A stretch of 64,000 nucleotides of DNA from the human T2T-CHM13v2.0 reference genome, Homo sapiens, in assembly GCF_009914755.1 (NCBI RefSeq), contig NC_060928.1; one strand, written 5' to 3'. Below the pieces are notes generated by a model. That model was not told the DNA's origin and did no database searches. It was given only the letters and a program-made list of their open reading frames with translations. Position 1 is the first letter of the stretch; every line of letters starts with the position of its first letter. A program made the position numbers and the translations under genes. This document shows positions 39,917 to 53,544 of this stretch, in pieces.

Positions 39917-42900
39917 TGCTCTTACCAGCAAATAGTTCCAGTTGCTCCACATCCTCACCAGCACTTAGTATTGTTAGTTTTTGTTTCTGATTTTGTTTTT
40001 GCTATGCTAATAAATACATTCCAGTATTTCATGTGATTTTAAGTCCCATTTCCCTAATGATTAATTTTGTTGAGCATCTTTTCATATGCTTGTGTGTTAT
40101 CAAAACATCTTCCTTGCTGCAGCATCCAGATATTTTGCTCATTTTATATGTTTATTTTCTTTTTGTTTGATTTTTATAATTTTAGAATTCTAAACACAAT
40201 TTATTTGTCAGTGTGATTTGTAAATATTTTCTCCAGCTCTGTGGTTGACCCTTTTATTGTCATGATAGTTCCTTTCACAGAACAAAAGGTTTTAATTTTA
40301 ATAAACTCTAATTTATCAAGTTTTCTCTTTTGCATTATGCTTCTGATGTCTTATGCAAAAACTCACAAACTCAAGATTATAAAGATGTTAACTTACGATT
40401 TCTTCCATAAGTTTTAGAATTTTACATTTTACATTTAGGCTTGAAATCCATTTTGGCTTACCCTTTATAAAATACGTGAGGTATGTGTTGTGGTCCATGG
40501 TTTTGCGTATGGATGTCCAATTGTTTTAACACCATTTATTGAAAATACTTTTTTTTCCACTAAACTGCATTTGTGCCTTCATCAAATACCAGTTTATTAT
40601 TTGTTTGGGTCAATTTCTGGACTATTTGTTCTGTTCCATTGATTTATGTTTTATATTTTAACCAACTACACAATGTTTTGATTATTTTAACTTAGTAGTA
40701 AGTCTTGAAATCAGATAATATGAATATTCCAAATTTGTTCTGAAAGGGAAAGAACAAGGAGGATTACATTCAGTGTTTTATATGGGCCAACTCTGGAGAT
40801 AATTCACTTCACATCATTAACAAAATGTAATCATATAGCCATACATAACTGCAAGTGATGCTTGTAAATGCAATTAATATCTATCTAAGGGAAGAAAAGG
40901 ACCCAAGTTTGGTAACCAGCTGCCCAGTTTCTGCAACAAACATCAATAAATATTTTGTGTCATTTTTAATGACAGCACAGCCAGGATAAACTAATTTTAA
41001 TTCAACTCCATCTTTCCAATCTCATCTTTCATTATTCTTTAATTAAACTTTACTAAACAGTGATACATCCCTAAGTTCTATGATTATGTTTTCTCCTATT
41101 TCTTCTGCTTTAGCGTTACTTCTCAAAATTTCTACCTGTCACTTCCAGATTGTTTCAGGTACCACCTGCTAAATGACATATTTCTGGATTCCTTAAAATA
41201 GGTATTATCTTCCCTTTTTCTCAACCTTCAAAATACTTTAGCAATGTTTTACTTATAACTTTCCTTTCTACATAGTAATTTATATACTTTTATGACTTCT
41301 ACTAGGTTTATAGTCCTTGAAGAGAATGGCCATAGTTTATAAATATGTAAAATTCATTCCTGTATCCATAACAGAATAACTTAGTAAACATATGTTTGTT
41401 TTACTGTTGATGGTTCAGCCAAATGGCCCTAACATTCTTAGCGAATGAAATTGAAGTCAGCATCAAGTCAAAGCTCAAATAATAGAATATCAGAATTCAT
41501 ATGGCATTTTGTCATGATCACATATAGGGACCAAAATATTGCTGTCTAAATTACAACTCCTAAATCTGTCAAGATTAAAAAAGGTGACTGAAGGGCAGAA
41601 GGGTGGGCTACTGTTTCCCAACGCCTAGAAATTATGGTTATCCTCATGGCCATGAGTTTTTTAAAATCACATAAGTTACTGCCAAGAGAAGAAAATCAAT
41701 TTATACCTCTACAACTTCCTATTCTTCTTGTCCATCATAGGCTAATTGAGATTTCCAAAGGGACTTTGAGTTATAAACTTGAGAAGGAGGAAAAGAAACA
41801 AATAATGAAATAAGGGTGGTGACCCTGAGCCTAAGGTAATTTGAAATATTCTTTGAGCCTGTATAAGTCAACTCACTCAGTAATAAAATAAAGAGCATTA
41901 TCTGGCTCAAACCTCATTAATTAAATTAAAAGGTACAATTCCATTAATTAATTTAGTCTACAATATTCTAATAGAATCACTGTGCATCCTCAGCATTTTT
42001 GTACCTAATTTTTGTTGTAGACAGTCCCATTCTACTTTAATTTTCTCCATGTTCCATTGTGCAGCATGATTTGTATTTTTAATCTAGGCAAATGTATTTA
42101 AACAGTTACGTACAAATAGCACACACAAGCGTATCTTTTTTCTTCAATATTACATCTGCTCTTTTATTTCTAGGAAAACTGATATATTTGTTAATATACA
42201 CACACTTATGTTGATGATTTTTTTGTTTTCTTATCCAAAAAGTATCATATCTCTCAAAATGTTATGATCCAGTTTCTAAAACCAGAAATATAAAATCATC
42301 CTCCATTCTATACCATCTGAGTTTTAATTTAGTCAAGTTCAATTGATTATACGTCCCAGAGATAAGTCTTTTTCCCTACCCAATCATCATTGCCCTATTC
42401 AGATATCTGTATCTTATTGCCTGGATTACTACAATAGCTTAATAATCTGCCTCTTTCCCCCTAATCTGTTAGTGACACTGCAATCATTGTTAGTGAATAC
42501 CCTCAATTATTCTCCTTTTTAAAGTTTCTTCAGAGACTGATCATTATCTGGTAGAATAAAATTCCAATTTCCTAGGAAGAATGCCCTTCAAAATTTTTCT
42601 CAGCCCCAATTAACCTTAAGGTTTTTGTTTGTTTTTTAACTTGGGTCTCAGAAAAGTAAAAAACAAAACAAAACAAAACCAACCAAAAAAAAACTGTTTT
42701 TGGTCTTTTCCTTTGAGAACAGTATTGTTTCTCATCAATTATTCAAATGGATTTTCAGCCTTTCCAAAATTTAAGATCTATTGTCTACAATTTTATCCAT
42801 GACTTGTCTCCATAGCTTCATGACTCAACATGCTTTCCTATATTCTTCCAGCTTCCAGAAATGTCTTTATTCTCTTGTTTTAAATATCCCCATCCATACA

Positions 42901-43088
42901 AAAGACGCGTAACACAATATAATATAACTACTATACAAGCTCCATCCCACAATTCAAATACCTCTTGCTTCTTTTCAGTTCTTACTCCAACTTTATTAAA
43001 ATCTGTTAGATTATTTACTCCCACTTAGATTTAAAATTTATTAGATTTAAAGACTTCTCTGAGCAACTAGTATATTTTGTATACAGCT

Positions 43089-43660
43089 TGTGGTAGCCTC
43101 TTCTAAAATAGTTTCGAATGATGCCTTATGCCTGGTATTCATGCCCTTGTGTAATCTCCTCCATTTCAGTGTCAACTGAACTTAATTATTTGCTTCTAAT
43201 GGATAGAATACAGCCAAAGTGATGGAACGTCATATCCAACATCAGCTTACAAGAAAGATTCTAGCTTCCATCTTGCTAACCCATTCTTGCTCTCTCATTT
43301 CCTTGCTTTGATGAAGAAAGTTATCATGCTGTGAAATGCTGTACGGAGAGGTGTATGAGACAAAGTACTAAGATAGGTGTCTGGCCAACAGCTCATGAGG
43401 AACTGATTCCCTCAGTCCAGCTACCAGAGAAAAACTGAATCCTGCCAACAACCACATGAGCAAGCCTGAAGATGGCCTTTCTTCCTGTAGAGGCTTGAGA
43501 TGACCGCAGCTCCAGCTGACACTTGACTGCAGTCTGTGAAGGACCAGAGTGAGAAGACACAATAAAGTCATTCCCGGACTCCACCTCTACAGAAACCTGA
43601 AATAATAAATGTTGCTTTAAGCCACTATTTTGAAGTAATTTATTACTCAATAATCTATCA
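43089..43660 (+). mobile_element. MLT1F-type MaLR LTR
   Basis: 'cctggtattcatgcccttgtgtaatctcctcc', 'actgaatcctgccaacaaccacatgag', 'aataaatgttgctttaagccact'. Confidence 0.8.
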
Positions 43661-45304
43661 TAAATATATATCTTTTGTATTTTGTTTGCTTCTCAAGAAG
43701 AATACACAATAGAGGAAAGAATGTGAGTTTTGGAACTAAACCAAATTGAGTTAAATGTTACTTATGCCATATCATTAACAGAGTGAGTGTGGATTAGTTA
43801 CAATATCAGTTTCACTACTGATCAAATTTGTTATCTATGTTATATGGTTGCTGTGAGAACTGCACCTTACAAATAACAGATGCTCAATATTATTGTTATT
43901 CTATTATTTATTTATAGGAATGACCCTTCTGCTGATATATCAGACTCTTAAAGGCAGGAACAATGTCTTTATTCACTTTTGTATCACAGCACTTGACATA
44001 TGGTATTCAATAGTAAATGTTGAACTTAAAATTAATTAAGTAATGAAAAATGTGTATTACAATACTTCTTTCTCTTGAAAGTAAGCATTCAGACACATAC
44101 AGTGATTTGAATTCTTAGTGACTTAGTGCTTAGCCATTGAAAAAGCAAACCTGGACCCAATTCCTTTATACAAAAGTTGAAAGTTTATTTTGCATGCAGC
44201 TTTTTCCCCCTTCATCTTCAAGCAACTATGGTTTTCATGTTGGCTTTAATGTAAAAATATATTCATTATTAATTACTTCATTTAACTCCAATCAGTAGTG
44301 AAAGCAAAACCTTCAAAGAATGCTCATCAAAGTAAAAGAGAGCTGAAGTTTCATTCATCATTGTTGAAACCATTGTTCTCTCTTCTTCCTCCCTCACTTA
44401 GAGTTCGCTACTTAATGAAATAAATAAATAATATTGTAAGGCACACTACTCTGTAATTCCTCAAGGATAAATTTTATTGTTTATGAATTAAAGACAGATT
44501 TCCCCATAAAAGCTCTGATTTTTAAAAAACTACCTCCCTTCTATATCTCATCTCTTAGCATTTTTAAAGAGAGAACCTCAAACTCTCACCTCCAGACTAA
44601 CGTTACTCTTAAGTAACAAGTCTTCTCCACTCAGATATGGCTTGTCACAATCTCTCCTAGACTTTACATATTCTGTGAGCAAATCAGCAGAACATATTCA
44701 TCTGTATTTTGCTACAGTTTCAATACCTGTAGACAAGTCAGCAAATTACCAAAGCAGTAGTCCTCATGCATATAATCCCTCTCTACTGGATCATCCATGT
44801 CAGCATAAAAAAATGCTGCTATTTCTCCCTTCTAACAAAGGCTTCTCTCAATTGCACTGCATTAACCCCACAACTATTATTTTGTTTATTTATTGTCTTT
44901 ATGGTAATACACTTCCAAAGAGTTTTCTATATTAAAAATTTCCTCCAAACTCTTTCCTCTAATTCTCTCGTAAACATTTCAGTTAGGCTCTCACTCTATA
45001 GCTCCACAGAAATTACTATTACCCAAATAGCAATAATCTTGATGCAGCTAATCCAATTATCAATCCTCAACCCTAATTTTGAGGCATCACAGTTCATTAA
45101 AAAATTTGACATGGTAGGTCACTCCTTTCTCCTTGAGATATTTTCTTCTTTTGACTTTCTGGGTGCAGCCATCTCCTGGTATCTTTCTCACATCATTAGC
45201 TGCCCCATATCAATCTAGTTTTTGGTTTCTCCTCATCTTCCAAATATCTTAATCTAAGAGCTCCCAGAGCTCAATCATTGGATTTCTTTTTCTCTATAGT
45301 TTCA

Positions 45305-45608
45305 CCGCCCAATCAAAATATAAGCTACAAATATGAGCCAAATATGTAATGTTAAATTTTCTTCTAGCTACATTAAAAAGAAAAAATAAACAGAAAAAAA
45401 TTAATTTTAATTATATATAATCCAATGTGTTGAGATCTCATTTCAACAATTAGATAAGTTAGTAAAATGTTTTCCATTCTTTTTTGCATACTACGTCTTC
45501 AAAATCTGGTGTATATTTCACACTTAACAGTACGTCTCAATTGGGAGTAGTTGTATTTCAAGTGGTCAGTGTCTATATGTGGTTGTGGTTACCATATTAG
45601 ACAGAGAA
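45305..45608. mobile_element. MER33-like hAT DNA transposon
   Basis: 'atgagccaaatatgtaatgttaaatttt...tcttcaaaatctggtgtatatttcacactt...gtggttaccatattagacag'. Confidence 0.75.
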
Positions 45609-45667
45609 TATCTATATCCTCACTCCCTTAATGTTTGCTTTCTTGTTTCATGGTGTTAAATACCTTC

Positions 45668-46217
45668 TGTATTAGTCAGGGTTCTCTAGAGGAACAAAAC
45701 CAATAGGATAGATGTATATATGAAGGGGAGTTTATTAAAATGTATTGACTCACACGATCACAAGGTGAAGTCTCATAGTAGGCCATCTGCAAGTTGAGAA
45801 GCAAAGAAGCCAGTCTGAGTCTCAAAACCTGAAAAGTAGGGAAGCCAACAGTGCAGCCTTCAGTCTGTGGCTGAAGGCCTAAGAGCCTCTGGCAAATCAC
45901 TGATGTAACTCCAAGAGTCCAAAAGCTGAAGAACCTGCAGTCTGATGTTTGAGGGCAGGAAGCATCCAGCACAGGAGAAATATGAAGGCTGAAAGACTCA
46001 GCCAGGCTCCTCATTCCACTTTCTCCAGCCTACCCTACTTTATTCTAGCCACACTGGCAGCTGATTAGATGGTGCCCACCCTGATTGAGGGTGGGTCCGC
46101 CTCTCTCAGTCTGCTGACTCAAATGCTAATCTCCTTCGGCAACACCCTCACAGATACACCCAGTTACAATACTTTGCATCCTTCAATCTAATCAAATTGA
46201 CAATATTAACCATCACA
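45668..46217 (-). mobile_element. MLT2A2-like solo LTR
   Basis: tgtattagtcagggttctctagagg...attaaccatcaca, 550 bp; TSD ccttc (45663-45667, 46218-46222). Confidence 0.93.
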
Positions 46218-48104
46218 CCTTCTTTATGATGATGACTCCCAAATTTGTACTACAAAGCCAGATCTCTTCTCTGAAGTTTATACTTTTATATACAACTAAC
46301 TATTAATACTTGATCTTTACATTTAAATATGTAATACTCATCTCAGACTTAACATATCCAAAAACAAACTCTTGATCTCCCCCTTCTATTCCCCCCAACA
46401 CACATACATTCCGTTCTCCCTCATTTGATTTTATAGCAAATGTCAGGATTCCAATTATTCAGTCCAAAAATTTTGAGTCATTCAGGATTTGGTTTTGCTC
46501 TCACAGTCTACAATCTTGTTGGTTTTACTTTCAATATATTTCCAGAATATGATCGTTTCCCACCAACTCAAGTTCAAACACTATAATCTCTTGCCTGTAT
46601 CAGTGTTCTAGTGTCCCAACTAATCTTTTGTATCCTTTACATATTTCCCAACACAGTAACTAGGGTGGCCCAGTTTAAATATATCAGGTGATGTCACTCT
46701 GCTTTTCAAAACCCTTCAACAACATACCATCTCATTCACAAAAAGGTAAACGTCTTAGACCTAGATATTCATCTTCTTTTCATCTCCTGTTGCTCTTTCT
46801 GCACGGCCACACCAGCACTCTTGAACAAGGATTATACTTGCTCTTTGCTTTGCCTGAAACCTGTTTTCTTCATATATTCATGTTGCTGACTCTCTTTTTT
46901 AAGTCTTTACCCTTGTGTCTTCTTTGACCATTTTAAAACAAACTGTTACCCCTTCCACTAGCAGTCTTCATTCTCTTTCTTTGCTTTATTTTCCCCCATA
47001 GACATTATCGCTACCTAAAAACTATATATTTTACTTAATTATTTTGTTTATTGTCTGTCTTCCCCACCAGAATGTAAGCTCTGATGAGGATAAGTATTTG
47101 TGTCTGTCTGGTGAACCACTGGACACTTATCACTGAAAGAATGCCTAAACATAGAAGGTGGTCAGTAAATGTCTGTTAAATAAACATATAAATAAACTAA
47201 CATATTATAGTGTTATGATGACTTCAAAAAATAAGCAGTTTAAGAAATAAATACATCTAGACAAAGACACAGCACATATTTTCTTATCAATCATTCTTGT
47301 AAATTGTGGCATTATTTTGTTTTCCATTACTTAAAGCATCGCATCATGAAGTGTAAGACCTATCTAATCAATGTGAAACTGGCTCACTTCTCACAGAGAA
47401 GAATAAGGTAAAGGAAGAAGAAAATAGGCCTCTCTCACCCCATTAGTATTTTCAAAATAAGTAAATAATTTTAATAATGACTACTACTGGTTACTGCCTC
47501 TTATTGCCAAACCTATCATTATTATATAATATTTGTACATACTTCATATACTTAATTGTTAACAGATAATACTTATATTCCAAAGAAAAAAAATTACTCA
47601 ACCACTCCTACCCATTTTGTATAGTCTGAAAAAATAGTTCTGAAATAGACCTTGGAAAAGTAGAGCAAATAATAATCACTTCATCAAAAGTTATCAATAT
47701 GTCTCCATCAAGTACTTTCGCAAATAAAAGTTAGAGACACACAGCTCCACCTGCTGCATTTATTGATGCCTAGACTGTAAAGTAATTTGTACTTTGGAGG
47801 TACTAATTTGGATGTGGTCCAAATATCATTTATCTTTTGTTGTTTCCTATTACTTAATTTTCATATGAGCTTTACACATTTATTTTTGTACTAGATCCTG
47901 AACAAATTTTTTTTTTGGTACTCAGGCTCTAGTCAGAAACTGTGGACATGTTTAAAGCACAGGTACTTCTCGAGGGAAAATAACAAATGTCATTTTGGGG
48001 AAAGCATGCACTGATGTTATCTAATATTCTGTGGGTTTTCAGTGCTCTCTTCCAAATGCAACTTACTTAAAAAAATCTTCTGGTTATTTCATATTATGCA
48101 AGAT

Positions 48105-48365
48105 TTAGAGATAATGTGAATAGAAGATAACAGCACAGACTCCAAAGGTAGCATGCCTGGATTCCAATTCTCACTCTGGCCCTTACTGGATGTGTGGTCT
48201 TTGAAAAGTTACTTAGCCTTTCAATGTCTCGTTTTTCTTGTGTACAAAATGTGATACTAATTATCTCTCCTGTATAACATTGTTATCAGACAAATTAATA
48301 CATGTAAAGCATTTGGAAAAGTATCTAGAATGTATATAATACTTGATCAACAGATGAATTATTAC
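48105..48365 (+). mobile_element. MIR
   Basis: 'gcctggattccaattctcactctg...cttactggatgtgtggtctttgaaaagttacttagcct'. Confidence 0.7.
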
Positions 48366-49746
48366 TATTATTATATTATAATTCCATATTATATTATATC
48401 TATTACTAATAAAATACAAAGCTTTTTCATGGTAGTATAGCAATAACAAAGAAGTATTATTTACCTCCAATCTGGTAAAGAATGTAGAAAACTCTCTGGG
48501 AAACTTGTCAGTGAGTTGACATAATATAGGCTATAAAAAGAAAAAAAAGTTGAAAAAGATGTTATCAAACTTATTTCATTAAGGAATTTCTCTGGTGTAA
48601 CCCTGGAAGTATTATGCTTTGGGGCATGCACATTAAATGCAAATTCCCTATTATGACATTTAAAATTTCATTTATCTATTTATTCAAAAATGCAATATTT
48701 TTTCACCAATTGTTGATTGATGGCTTACAATGCCAGATTCTAGAGAGACAATGAACAGAATATGACTCCTACATTCAAAGTGTTTATGATCTGAGAAACA
48801 TAGACAAATAAATAATCACAAAAAATTAGGAACTATTACAACCAAAGAAAATACAGGCTACTAGATGAGTACAAATGGATAAGGGCACATATCCAGTATT
48901 TGTAGTAAAGAGCTTTAACAGAAGGCTTCCTGGAGGCATGAAGTCTAGGCCAGCTCTTGAAGGCTAAATAAGGATTAGTCCAGAAAATGAAGATAAGATG
49001 TGGGAGCATGATCTCATTAGATAAGATAGCATTAGAGAATTTTAAGATCAAGAAGTAACATAGAACATTAACAAAACTGAAAATAGTTCAATTTGATTAT
49101 TGCTTCAAGTGACATCTAAATAGAACCAGGCAAGACATGAGTTTTGGAAGATTCAAAAAATCAGATAATTACAAGGTATTTTCTGCCAGTAAGATGAAGG
49201 ATTTGGGCTTTATGCTGAGTACTGGAGGTGTAAACTAATTAGACTCTTTATTTAGAAAATAGGGTAAAGAATCTGGCAGGGAGCAATGGGAAATCTGGGA
49301 GACTGGTGAGAAAGCTTCTGCAGATCTAAGTGAGATAAGAAAGTAGCTGACTTTGAGGACTTAAGAGGTCAGTCCAGTGTGTGCCCTGTTACACAAACCA
49401 GAATGGCCAGATTCTTTCTGACAACTTCCTCTCCTATCTTCCCACCCCATATTCATTCATATTCATATTCTTATCCCATAATCATGCCACATTCATGCTT
49501 AAAATGCTTCAAAAACTCTCCATTTCCTAGAATGAACATAAAATTCACTTAACAAGACCTATAAGGCCTTGCTCAGTCTGACTCATATATATATGCTACC
49601 AAGCACATCTCACACCACTGGCTCCTAGGCCCTGTCCTGAGGATACTTCCCCTTGCCACAGGGCCTTTGCTAATACTTATCCTCTTCTCTCATTTTCGCC
49701 TGATAAATCCTCACTCTTATTTCGTGTCTCATCCCATCTTTACTTT

Positions 49747-50035
49747 TTTTTTTTTTTTTTTTTTTTTGAGACAGAGTCTTGCTCTCCTGCCCAGGCTAGA
49801 GTGCAGTATTGTGATCTTGGCTCACTGCAACTTTTCCCTCCCGAGTTCAAGCGATTCTCATGCCTCAGCCTCCCGAGTAGCTTGGACTAGAGGTGTGTGC
49901 CACCATACCTGGTTAATTTTTTGTATTTTTAGTAGAGACGGAGTTTCACCATGTTGGCCAGGCTGGTCTGAAACTCCTGAACTCAGGTGATCCACCCGCC
50001 TCAGCTTCCCAAAGTGCTGGGATTACAGTTGTGAA
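49747..50035 (-). mobile_element. AluS element lacking ~15 nt at its 5' end, inside an L2 relic
   Basis: TSD cccatctttacttt (49733-49746, 50036-50049); long poly(T). Confidence 0.95.
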
Positions 50036-51061
50036 CCCATCTTTACTTTCTCAGGATACCTTTCCCTGGTATCCCAAAGTTAAATTATGTTATTTTAGTG
50101 CTTTGTCTCTCTCATTCATATATTCATCACAATGATAACATTTTATGTATTGGCATGGTTATAGAATTAATGTTTATCATTTGTTTCCAACATTAGAATG
50201 TGAGCTCCATTAGGAATGGATTCATGCTTATTCTTGCTCCTCATAGTTGACCCAGTGTCTAACACAATGTCCAATATACTGCAGTGTTCAGTAAGTATTT
50301 TTTAAATGACTGAATGACAAAGTTGGTCTTTGAAGGAGGAGAGGGGGGCAAATACAATGCTAAGCTTTCTGATTTGGACAGGAGAATAGCTATTAGTATG
50401 ACTATTTCTGGCAGGAAATACATAGGTTTATTGATAGAAACCAGGAGATAATCTTGCAACATGTTGTAGTTAATATACTTTTAAGACATCCAGGTAGAAG
50501 TACACGTAGGTAGTTCGATACATAGCCCTGATGCTTAGAAGGTAGATATAGCTGGAGGTACCAAATTGAAATTCTTTAACATATAAATTATAATTGAAAC
50601 TATGGAAATGGATGATTTTTTCTTGGCAGTGTGTCTACTAAGTAAGAACAGGTCTAAATAACTTTGGAAAGAATCTTGAGTTTCACCAATATACCAGCAT
50701 TAAAGAGTGAGTAAAGGTGGGATAGTCCTGCAAAGGAGACTGAGAAAGTGGCCAGGGAGAATCCTGGAAGCCAAAGGAAAGGGCATTTCCAAAATAAGCC
50801 TACAGTCAAAGTGTCATCTATTTACAGAAAAAGTCAAAAATATATTATTGAAACTTGTAGTTGAGAAAAATGAGAAAGTGACTAGAAAAGATAAGGTACC
50901 AAACATAATTACTGAGGAGTGTTGAAAGTCCAATTTATATTTTTATACCAAATTTATGATGATAACAATAAAATTGATTATGTAAATTATTTTGCATAAG
51001 GGATGAGGATCCTGGATATAAATACAAAACAAAAGTAGATGGTTGAATTCATTCAGGGTTT

Positions 51062-51376
51062 TTGTTTTTTGTTTTTTGCTTTCTGTTTTTTTTTTTAGAT
51101 GGAGTTTTCACTCTTGCCCAGCTGAAGTGCAGTGGCACGATCTGGCCTCACTAAAACCTCCGCTTCCTGGGTTCAAGTGATTCTCCTGCCTCAGTCTCCC
51201 TAGTAGCTGGGATTACAGGCATGCACCACCATGCCCAACTATTTTTTTGTATTTTTAGAGAGATGGGGCTTCACCATGGTCTCAGCCAGGCTGGTCTTGA
51301 ACTCCTGACCTAGTGATCTGTCCCCCTCAGCCTCCCAAAGTGCTGGGATTACAAGCATGAGCCATCATGCCTGGAC
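51062..51376 (-). mobile_element. AluS element
   Basis: Antisense Alu dimer ending gagccatcatgcctggac. Confidence 0.93.
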
Positions 51377-51499
51377 TAGAGTTTGGGGTTTTAATGAAAG
51401 TGTGACAAAAGACCAGAAGTAAGGCAGTGTGATAGTGATGACTGCTTGCAAGAGATGGACTACAGAATCCAAGATGGATAGGACTGTGGGCAAAGGCAA

Positions 51500-51939
51500 T
51501 GTCTTAGTCAATTTAGTGTTGCTATAAAAGAATACCTGAGGCTAGGTAATTTACAAAGGAGCAAAAAGTTTATTTGGCTCATGATTCCGATGGTTGGAAA
51601 GCAGATTGGGCATCTGCATCTGGTAAGGGCCTCAGGCTGCTTTCACTCATGGAAGAGGGTGAACGGAAGTTGTCCTGTATAGAGATCACATGATGAGAAG
51701 AGAAACAAGAGGGAGAGAGGAAGGAGGTGGTAGGCTTTTTATAACAACCAGCTCTCCTGGAAACTACTAGAGTGAGCAGAGCACTCACACCTCCTTGCCC
51801 AGAAGTGCATTTAATCTGTTCATGAGGGACCCACCTCCATGACCCAAACACCCCCACTAAAGTCCCACCTCCAACATTGGGGATCAAATTTCAACATGAG
51901 ATTTGGTGAGGACAAACAAACCATATTCAAACTATAGTA
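51500..51939 (-). mobile_element. MSTB-type MaLR solo LTR
   Basis: tgtcttagtc...gttgctataaaagaatacctgaggct...caaatttcaacatgagatttgg; TSD ggcaa/ggcta. Confidence 0.88.
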
Positions 51940-52234
51940 GGCTAGAAGATGAAGATGCATCAGGAGAATTAGAGGGGTCAACGGAGTGGAAGCTCCAAAG
52001 AGTTTGAGATATAGCAGAAACAGTGGAAAGCAAATTAGAAGATAAAAGAGGTTTTGGCCAGAGACTGCAGAGTTTGAGTTTAATATTTCAGAAATGAAGT
52101 GGCTTTAGGTTGTGACAAGTACCAAGATAAGTACCAGGGTATGATGGAAAGAGAATGTGACTAAGGACTAGTGTAATCTTGTTGAAAATGAGAAAGTCAA
52201 AGAACACAGAGCCAGGGATTTTGGATGAATCATC

Positions 52235-52716
52235 TGTACTGGGTTGAAAAATTTTTCCCCAAATTCATGTGCACTTGGAACTTGTAAATATGACTTTATT
52301 TGAAAGTAAGATCTTTGCAGATATAATCAAGTTAAGATGAGACCATACAGAATTAGGGTGGGGCCTAATTCAAGTATGACAGATGTCCTTTATAAGGAAA
52401 AAATTGGAGCATGGACATATAGATAGATAGGGTAGAAGTCCACATCAAGATGGAAGCAGAGATTGGGGTGATACATTCAGACACGAGGGAGTGCCAAAGA
52501 CTGCTAGCAACCATCAGAAGCTAGAAGCTAGAAGCTGCCATCAGAAGCTAGAAGCAAGGAAGGATTATTGCAAAAAGCTTTCAAACACAATATGGTCCTG
52601 CCAACAGCTTGATTTTGGACTTCTACCTTCAAGAATTGTGAGAGAATATATTTCTGTTGTCTTAAGCCACCGACTTTGTGGTAATTTACTATGGCACCTC
52701 AAGGAAAGTAATATAC
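52235..52716 (+). mobile_element. MLT1C-type MaLR LTR with internal tandem duplication (ccatcagaagctagaagc)
   Basis: 'tctttgcagatataatcaagttaagatgag', 'gatggaagcagagattgg', 'ttaagccacc'. Confidence 0.85.
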
Positions 52717-53544
52717 CATCCATATTGATATAAAACTCTGTATAATTGCAGGATTGAGATGAGGAAGATTATGTTTAACTCAAAGCTAAGGACTGCAGAT
52801 TGATGGGTATAAATAGAGACTAATGCATAGACTGGTTTACAAAAGAAACAGATTGGGTAAGTTGGACAGGGTTTTAAAAGCAACTAACTCCATCAAAAGT
52901 ATGGAAGGAATTTATTATGGCTTGAATTTATCATTCTAAAAAAAATTTCTAGTCCAGCACAACGGGACAGTGATGGCATTAAGTTCCCCTTCAATCTCTC
53001 CACTCATTTAAAGAGAAGCAGACTCTGATAATTGGAAGACCTCTTCCACCTTTCTGAGAAAATCAGACTTAAAAAAATTGATTTCAGAAAGGCACAATCT
53101 ATGTTATTAGTTAGATTTAATGGACAAATAAAATCTGTTATGCCTGGTAAGAACAATTTTGATTTAAAAAATAACTTTTAAAAATTTCTGGTTGTGAAAG
53201 TAGCACATGAGAATAGTAAAATGATTCAGACAGTCCTTAAAAGAATTAAGAGAAAAGTAATCATTCATAATTTTACTATGTAGGGGCAACCACCATTAAT
53301 ACTGTAGTATATATAGAATCAAATAACTATTACACACTTATTTTAACAGTATTATAATTTTAATAGATGCCAAACATTTAATTATATGAAGAATCATAAT
53401 TAATTTAGTGCCTTAAAGATGTTATTTTTCAAAGTATTGTTATTATAAGCATAATTCAGTTAACATCTTGTACATATATTTTTGCACACATACCAATCAT
53501 AGAAACTTGGGAAGAAAAATCAATGAAATACACTTATCAACTCA

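Larger units (their letters stand above)
38810..40740 (-). mobile_element. Old L1M (L1MB/MC-like), interrupted by an MLT2A1 and a micro-insertion
   Basis: Antisense L1 motifs 'gattgttgggtcatatggcaag', 'gttccagttgctccacatcctcaccagcactt', 'ctgttccattgatttatg'. Confidence 0.75.
44930..47195 (+). mobile_element. L2 relic with nested MER33 and MLT2A2
   Basis: 'catctcagacttaacatatccaaaaacaaactcttgat'; 3' end 'ttattgtctgtcttcccc...agaatgtaagctc...cagtaaatgtctgttaaataaa'. Confidence 0.7.

Noticed and set aside
44642-45218. Overlapping 97- and 150-aa ORFs
   Set aside because: AT-rich, partly L2-derived, no motif or splice support.
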